Made by a program: the position numbers and the translations under genes. The notes beneath the pieces were generated by a model that did not search any database, was not told the DNA's origin, and worked only from the letters and a program-made list of their open reading frames with translations. From NCBI GenBank assembly GCA_964016885.1, contig OZ024743.1, positions 217,000,001-217,064,000 on the forward strand: a DNA stretch of 64,000 bases, in the 5' to 3' direction. The stretch comes from Eledone cirrhosa (Eukaryota). Positions 55,645 to 64,000 of this stretch are shown piece by piece (positions within the stretch are counted from its first letter, which is position 1; each line of letters starts with the position of its first letter).

Positions 55645-56167
55645 TATTTATTAAATAACAGATTAAAGTTTAAGCAACGAATCGCTGCTTTCACCCTTAA
55701 CGGGATCTTCTGAAACTAACAAAGTCAATCTGTGAACGCAGAAGTGTATATTTAAAATAACGTTGCAACCGGAGGAAGACAGGAAGACGATACTTATTAG
55801 TCTACGACTTCTTTTATACCATTAACGTGGTTTTGTCATTGAGTGTAATTGTTTGTCCCCGCTCCTAATAATGACGTATTATATTCGTTTTTTTCCCGAT
55901 CTTTGCCAGGGAACGCTTCCGCGAACCAAAGTATCGTCTTCTTGTCTTCCTCCGGTTGCAACGTTTCTTGAAATAATCATTTCTGCGTTCACAGATTGAC
56001 TTTGTTAGTTTCAGAAGATCCCGTTAAGGGTGAACGCAGCGATTCTTTGCTTAAACTGTATTCTGTTATTTTAATAAATATTTGCTCTACGGTTCTTATA
56101 TATTTGATATATATTTATCCTTATCGAGCCCTCTTTGGAATTTAGTCTTCAAATTTATTATTAATAC
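55645..56167. mobile_element. Family E fold-back element (arms ~150 bp, 133-bp spacer) with hammerhead-like motifs at 55667-55717(-) and 56007-56057(+)
   Basis: 55645-55795 is approximately the reverse complement of 55929-56082; the right arm runs to the terminus AAATTTATTATTAATAC-TA. Confidence 0.88.
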
Positions 56168-58523
56168 TATATATATATATGTATATATATATATAATAAA
56201 TTAATAATAAATTGTATCTTATGTCATAAAACCCCATGGGAAATAAGTATTGCATGTAGTAATAGCTTCTCTACAAATGAGATAAGCTTTAAATGAAAAG
56301 TGACCTTTTGAAAGATGGTTTTATTTTACTACAATATTAAAAACAATATAGTAAGTATAACGTGTCCAATGTTTAAAACTATCCGACCGTATGTCACTTC
56401 TTCCAGTGTAACTATTTGATATTAGACCATTTTAAATCTATAATTAAAGCTAAAATTAAAGCTATATGTTCGAGATTTAACATTTATTATCGCGTGAAAT
56501 ACTGATCTCATTACGATCACGTTAATAAGCGAGTTCACTAACTAAACACAAACTCGAGAATGTGGACCATCGTGGAGATATTATAATATAAAATTAATTA
56601 TCAATGGAAATATTTTGTTTTATTTGGAGACTTATAGTTTAAATCCTTATGGTGGTGAACTGGCGAAAATGTTTAAGATTCTAACAAGACTATTTATTCT
56701 GGTTCCTAACGTTCTGAATTCAAATATAAACTTGGCCCACTTGAGTGGAATAAACATTCCGCGCCGACCTGTCCCTATGGCGCTTTAAGCGAGCATCGCT
56801 GAGTTGCAAGCATTCGGGACATGTATGTGCTTTCAGGACACCTTCTTTCCTTTAATGTTAACACCAGAATCAGAGAGGCATTAAGAATAATAAGGGGCCA
56901 TAGATATTGCCCATTATCCTGAAAAGTTGATAATAATTACACTAAGCATACGAATATTTAAATTAAAAGTTTACAAATTACTGAAGGGCGTTTGAGCTCA
57001 CTGGCTATACACGCATGTCCAGTGCGAAAATTTGCTATGCCATACTTATGCAATACAAAACCAGGAGTATATGTTTTAATAAAGTGGAAAGGAACTGTTA
57101 AGCACTACACTGCTTTTTATCGAAAGAATAATGAGCGTTAAGCTCAGCAATGTCAAACGAAAAAGTCATAAATTGCATATACAGTATATGAGAGAATGTA
57201 TATAGTTAAATGGACGCATCTTATTGCTGAAAATGTCAGAAACAATAATGACTAAACATCTGATAAATAAATCTTTATGAACAATAACAAGTAGTCTCTT
57301 TTCTTTCTTTTTCACTTGTTTGTCAAACTGAAATAAAAGCACTAAAACTATGTTTCCCAATATAATATATAGAAAAATCACAAAAGTTCTTTTGATTGAA
57401 ATAATTAGGAACACTAAACACATCATTTTCCGTTCAATGAACATATTAAGCACACTTCACTGAATATAGCTGAACTGGTTTAGAAATTTGAACAGGTTTA
57501 GAAATTTGATCAGAGTACTTAGTTCTTTTTTTTCATTTCTATATTTAAACAAAGTTGTATGAAATTAATTCTAAATTGAAAGAGAACTTCGGCTTCCGTT
57601 GAATAAGTCAATCCGAATTCTCGATGGCAAATCAATTAGTTTGAAACTACTTAGTAACATTATTCAGAAGACTTTTTACAACTAAAACCTCAAGAAATTC
57701 TTCTTTTGGATATGAACATACAATCAGCTGCCTCCACCACTATCAATAATACAAGCACCACAATTCTAACAGCCACCACCAGTGCCACTTGTAGTAGAAG
57801 TAGTAGTAGTAGAGAACATAGTGTATAGCTTCCAAACTTTGCCAGTTTTGAAACTCTTTCCTTTTTGAAATTCTTAAGGAAAATATAAATATTTTCAGTT
57901 TGAATTCCGGAAGTTGTCGTCTGATGGAGTTAACTTTGATTATAATAAATTGGCTTAAGAGCACCGTGTCCTTCTCTTAATACCACCGCTACCACAACCA
58001 ACAACAATCACTCCACCACCACAAAGAAAACATCTCGACCAACGACATTTTTCGATTTTTTATAGCTTATTTTACTAGCACTAGATTTCCTAGGCTTCGC
58101 TATTTTCAATCGATCTGGTTCCAAGATATTTGCATTGTTTGAAGGAGGAGACAGTTAATTGGAAACAAGAAAACTAAAGCTCTGAATAAAAGAAAAACAA
58201 AGAAACATATAATAATCTTTAATTTGGGATGTAGTATAATGTCTAGTCACAAATGTCTCTGTCTTTAGGGATCAGACAAAGAAACACAGACCAAAGATAA
58301 TTGTATGATATATCAGTACGTATATAGAAGTATGACTAATAAGGTTGCTATTAAAACAAACATTATTATTGTATGTTTAACATTTAGAGTGACACAAGTA
58401 AGAATAAAAATAAAAATCTAAAAAAAATCTAGTTTAGTAAAAATATAGCATGGTTGAGCGAAGTTATATTTCAAGCAGAGAAAATAAGCAGAGAAGTAGA
58501 AGAGGAAGTAATATAACTGCAAC

Positions 58524-58527
<4 letters not shown>

Positions 58528-58609
<82 letters not shown>
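58528..58609. repeat. (TAG)n microsatellite
   Basis: Directly visible. Confidence 0.97.
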
Positions 58610-58610
<1 letters not shown>

Positions 58611-59213
58611 TGCCGCTGTGTGAAAGCTGCATCAGTGGTATGAAATTAGTCACACATAAAGGTTATGGGTTAATGAAATTAAGCTATATTAGATAAAAGT
58701 CACTTGGAGTAGAAGATTCCTTTCAATTGACAGATATTCGACCACAGTTGAGATATATCAGCTACGTATATTTCAGGGTGGGATAATTTGGAAGTGTTTA
58801 TGTGCAGAATATTCGTGTGAAAATTGTAAACATGATGTGTCTGTCTGTACGCTTTATTCCTGATACGTGTTCGTCCTTCAAATATGTATACTTATTCATA
58901 AGGATAAAATTATGTTAAAGTGCATTGTTGTGCAAAATTGAAAGTACACGCGTGTACGTGTGTATGTTCGGTATATATGGATATAAATGCCAGTATATGC
59001 AGATGTTCATACGGTTGTGTATTAACATGTGTCTGTAAATATCGATGACTTTATACATGTGAGTGACACTATAGATTTGGTAAAGCATTTTGTACGTCTA
59101 GGATTTGGGGACATGTATTTGTATAAAAGAAGGTGAGTGTCAGAGAAAAAGGAACAATTAATATTGCCAACTAATTTGAAAGTGATTATAATTAGTGTTA
59201 GAATAAAGATAAT

Positions 59214-59314
59214 TGTTTCTACTCTAGGCACAAGGCCAGCAATTACCCAGTGCATTACTGGTACTTTATTTTATCGACCCCGTAAGGATGAAAGGCAAAG
59301 TAAACCTCGGCGGG
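59214..59314 (-). mobile_element. tRNA-derived SINE, 5'-truncated with TSD
   Basis: TSD ATAAAGATAAT at 59203-13 and 59315-25. Confidence 0.93.
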
Positions 59315-60267
59315 ATAAAGATAATGTTTAGTAAGAAGATAACGTCTCCTAGACATTAAACGAAATACAAGGATATACCTATTTCTGTTCTCCACTGTCT
59401 GTTATATTTCTGTCGTTCGACTGCATGTATGTTTGACAGTATATTTCTGGTTGTCGTTCTACATCTCTCTGATTCCCCCTTTCTCACATGTATTCATAGA
59501 CACATATAAATGTGATTTAGTGAATATGTGAATATTTTATATACATAACACTGTGTATATATATATGTTTATATGGAATTTATGCATATTTCATATACTA
59601 TATAGTGGATATTGGAACTACGTCGGTTTAAACGACGAGTATCCATTAACATAGTATAAGCTGTCAGGGAGATTCACTGTGATACGATGTGAAATGAGTG
59701 TGGTGTTTTGAATTAGAGGCACAATTCCTTTTTGCCAAATTGGAGCAATTTTTAATAGTGTTTTACTGAATGACACAACGCGTCACCGGCAATGGAAATA
59801 GTATTGCAAGTCAAAGCCGCTAATCACTTAGCCACGAGCCTTCACATACATACATATACAGATGTGTGTATGTGCGTTTGCTTGTGTGTATCTCTTTGAA
59901 TGTGTGTTTACATAGGTATACTGTTATAAAATCGTAAATGTGAAGGAATATATTCATTTGCTCATACTTACACACGGGGGGAAAAATATACATATGAATA
60001 TAATACTATCTATTTACAAATAAATAAAGATATATATTTACAATTAACAATGTACACACACACAACACATACGACAACATACATTATCATACAAACGTAT
60101 GCATATGTATACGGTTCACTTTATATTCTATTCAACATTCACTACCCTCCACTCCCATATACATTGCAATAAGAATCATCTAACTGTGAACATTGAAACG
60201 TACAACAAAAATGGTCAAACTTCGTTGATTGCAACTGCTTACAATAGTTGCTGTATATATACATCTA

Positions 60268-60453
60268 ATTGTTCCTACTTTTGACAAATGGCGAGCTTTT
60301 ATCCCAGTATATTACTGGTACTTTATTTTATCGACCCCATAATGATGAAAGGCAAAGTTAACCTCGGTGGGATTTGAACTCAGATCATAAAGGGACGTAA
60401 CTCTTTGCGGTAAAGCATGGCGTCCGACCCTCTACCAATACTGCCAATCTACC
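60268..60453 (-). mobile_element. tRNA-derived SINE
   Basis: Near-full-length match to the other copies, including the A and B boxes. Confidence 0.92.
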
Positions 60454-61244
60454 TAAGATTTTTATACCCTACACTATTTTGTCAAAGAAACTCACTTTTG
60501 ATATTATATTTCTACTCCTAAGGCTTACGCTGATGCATTTAAATCATACGTATACATGTGCAAAACCAACCATTTACGCACACACTCCACTCCAGATATG
60601 CACAGAAATATACTCGCAGCTAGGTTAGATCTAAACACTTAAACACGGTTTGCTTCAATATACTGGAAGAGTACCTATTGCTATACCGACAAGTACATAT
60701 ACACACACATAGGCTTATTTATTCATTTATCGTAAATACATACACGTATATATATATCCTTTATCTGTGTCTTTGTTTATTTTCATCATCATAGCTGTTC
60801 TCATACACCCCTGTTTCCTTTTGTTCCTACTTTTGCTGTCAGAAAACACGCACCTATGCAAGCAAACACATTCACCACACTCAGTCGCACACCAATACAT
60901 ATGTATATCTTGTCTTCCAATTCATCAGATGTATATGACACCGTTAATGAGTTTTCTGAACAACTCTTCTCTAGATCTTCACTATTTAGCATTGGCCTTA
61001 TCGATTATTTGTAGAATTCTCATCCACGAATATTTACACCTTACTTTTAACAAGATAGAAAGCAGGTGTTTGATTTCTAGCTTCTTAGATAGAACGAGTT
61101 CAATATTTTATTTTGGCAGATAAGGCTCTCATGAGACTATACATATGCGCGACACAGTTGTCTGAAATATCAAAATTTCTTTTAAAATAATGTACATATG
61201 TGTATACATATAAATTATATGTAAACTAACACATACGTATATAT

Positions 61245-61395
<151 letters not shown>

Positions 61396-61492
61396 TACAT
61401 CACACACATACACACATATAAATATGTTAATCATGTATACAAAGAAAGATCTCATGAAATTAAACTTCGAGCTCATATATATATATATATAT

Positions 61493-61710
61493 AACGAAGG
61501 AAGTGTGGTAAGGAACCAGATGGGCCATAATGCACCAGAGTACTCAATACACAGACCAAAGATAATTGTATGATATATCAGTACGTATATAGAAGTATGA
61601 CTAAAAAGGTTGCTATTAAAACAAGTAGTAGAGTGGGTAACAGGAAAATGTTCAAGACCCCCGTCGAAACGGCTCGACCTCTGCCGTCGGGGTCTTGAGC
61701 ATTTTCCTAT
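61493..61710. mobile_element. Family C fold-back element containing a 76-bp captured local sequence
   Basis: Matches 26838-26930 and 17150-17277; GAAA-CGGC..GCCG-TC; insert 61549-61624 equals 58284-58359. Confidence 0.85.
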
Positions 61711-61719
61711 ATATATAGA

Positions 61720-62066
61720 TAAGCAAAGATTTATTTAATTAGTTGGTTATTCAACAAATTTATTTATAATAGATTCGAAGCACTCTACAGTTTTCTTCGG
61801 GAGTATAATATCAATAATATTAATAAATTGAAACCATCTTTATAAAACCATATTTATTTTATTATATATATTTCAAGGGTACCAAATTTGTTGGTACGTT
61901 CTCATCATATAAAATACAAAAGTTGTTTTATAGATAGTGACATATTCAAAAACAAGAACTTATCGTTTTAAATATTTTATCTGATGAGAGCGTACCCAAA
62001 TATGTTGGTAACCTTGAAATATATATAATAAAATAAATATAAAGATGGTCCATTTATTAATATTAT

Positions 62067-62068
<2 letters not shown>
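61720..62068. mobile_element. Family F fold-back element with two divergent hammerheads
   Basis: Arms ~61810-61916 / ~61973-62070; flanked by TA tracts. Confidence 0.85.
61974..62034 (+). ncRNA. type I hammerhead ribozyme motif (family F), the best example in the window
   Basis: attttat-CTGATGA-gagcgtacc..ggtaacctt-GAAA-tatata-TA-ataaaat. Stem I is a perfect 7 bp, stem III is palindromic, predicted cleavage follows A62027. Confidence 0.85.
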
Positions 62069-62144
<76 letters not shown>

Positions 62145-62145
62145 G

Positions 62146-62207
<62 letters not shown>

Positions 62208-62240
62208 GAGAAAAACCATAGACCCTCGATCTCAACTCTA

Positions 62241-62277
62241 CTTTTGAAAAGCAGAAGAACTGCGAAACCGGTAGAGG
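62241..62277 (+). ncRNA. degenerate minimal hammerhead in a TA-flanked insert (62208-62290)
   Basis: ctt-TTGAAAA-gcag-aagaa-ctgc-GAAA-ccgg-TA-gag. Stem II and palindromic ACCGGT are intact; the first core is two transitions from CTGAAGA. Confidence 0.5.
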
Positions 62278-62441
62278 AACCAAATAAATATATATATATT
62301 TTTTTAAATAAGACTCCAGTTGCATTTTCGATTTCATCTTTTTTCTTTATACTTTCACTCGTGTAGGACACCTCGGTTATTTTTCATTTTGTAAAAAAAC
62401 CTCACTTTCTAATATATAAATAAATATATATATATATATAT

Positions 62442-62442
<1 letters not shown>

Positions 62443-62516
<74 letters not shown>
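62443..62516. repeat. (GATA)n microsatellite
   Basis: Directly visible. Confidence 0.97.
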
Positions 62517-64000
62517 TACATATATAAGGGATATCAAAATATCGTTATAGGTAATACAGTTCGAGGTTGTGAATACTTCGTATTATGGATAGTTTTATCT
62601 CCAATGATCTGGTTAAGCTAACGACGTATTTAAAATATTGTGGCACTGCTTCAGGTGTTCAGCAATTTTTAGACAACTTAATCAGTGAAACAATTGTTAG
62701 ACTGTAAATAAAACCTTTTTTGTACTGTTGACCATATTATTCTTCACTCTTTCTATATACATATATATATATATATGAGTTCGAAGTTTAAATTCATAGG
62801 ATCTCTCTTTGTATACTTGTTTAACACGTGTTTCTCTAAACCACATGTTACGTAATAATTCCTCAACGTGAAGCTGGAAATTGCTTATCAGACGCTATAG
62901 GAATTACAATCCTCACATCTCTTATTACATAACTACGTTTATAGCTTTTCATTTTCGGAACAAAAATACGATATAAATATTTGATGAAATGAATCTATCA
63001 CACGTAAATATTTTATATAAACTTCCTGCAAATTCTGCCAACGCATATGGATAATCGTTTAAATTTCAACGAACATGTAATCTGAATATCAAATTCACAG
63101 AATGGATTGAGTGCTACCATCGACATAAGCAGCCAGTAATATAAGAGACACAAAGTGAGATTCTCTGTAGGAGCTACTGTTCTCTTCTTCCGTTTATAGA
63201 GTTATTTTACCCGATTTTCTAAAGCTATGTTCATTAACATTTTCCTGCGTTTGAGAAGGGATTTTTTACGTTTCTCTTCATTTTGAAAAGATTACGATCA
63301 TCAGCTTTCCTTTTTGAAAAAACAAATGTAGAATTAATCCAACAGTTTGGAGATGACATTTTCCAGTTAATCAAAACTATATACTTCCTACGATCAATTA
63401 ACTTTCTGAGAGAAACAGATAATCGAATTCTAAACTATAAATGGGGAATCAGATATGACCAACTAATTTTACGCAATTTATAAATAACACTATCACCGAG
63501 TTCATTTCAACTTTATAACTAACATCAATAAAACATCTAACAAACTGTGATATTTTGAATTGTGTAACCTCCAGCAAGTAACTACCGACTTGAAAATAGA
63601 AACTCTAGCCAGATATCTAATGTCCTAAGACCTTCCTTTAACCTTCAATGCGATATGCAAAACCACATTTATCTTAGTAAAACATATATAAGCATTAAAA
63701 TATTTACTGATGTTACACCAACCACTCAAAATGTATATCACTTATATGAAAGAGCAATCATGTTATGATGCTGTGGTTCAGATCTGTCTTCCACAAAGCC
63801 ATTTACAGAATTAGGCATAAGTAATATTAGCCTATTCCTTCTGATATCCAATGCACTTACTTTTGCTAAGTTAATTATAGCCATTAAGGAGTCTGATTGA
63901 ATTTAACGTTATAATTCATGCAAAGGAATCTAACTTGTTTGTGATAAAACAGACTATGTTAAGAAACGTCTAAATATTTCTGTCAATGTAATAATTGGAG

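Overview
This is a very AT-rich, microsatellite-dense animal (metazoan) window that is intergenic or intronic. The repeat content looks mollusc/cephalopod-like (octopus-like), which is an inference. I found no supportable host protein-coding gene; almost all listed ORFs are translations of (TA)n/(CA)n tracts. Recognisable decayed elements are an internally deleted mariner, an hAT-type MITE, two RTE-clade LINE fragments, a Helitron Pif1-helicase fragment and more than 12 copies of one tRNA-derived SINE. The most notable feature is a set of at least seven unrelated short sequence families (A-G) that sit almost exclusively inside (TA)n tracts. They usually form head-to-head fold-back palindromes with their 3' ends pointing outward, and most carry type I hammerhead-ribozyme motifs (CUGANGA...GAAA...NUH). 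One family is physically joined to a Penelope-like GIY-YIG endonuclease fragment, and two occur as circularly permuted ~600-nt units. Together this suggests a (TA)n-targeting Penelope-like retroelement / retrozyme system. All RNA folds were made by eye and need computational and experimental confirmation.
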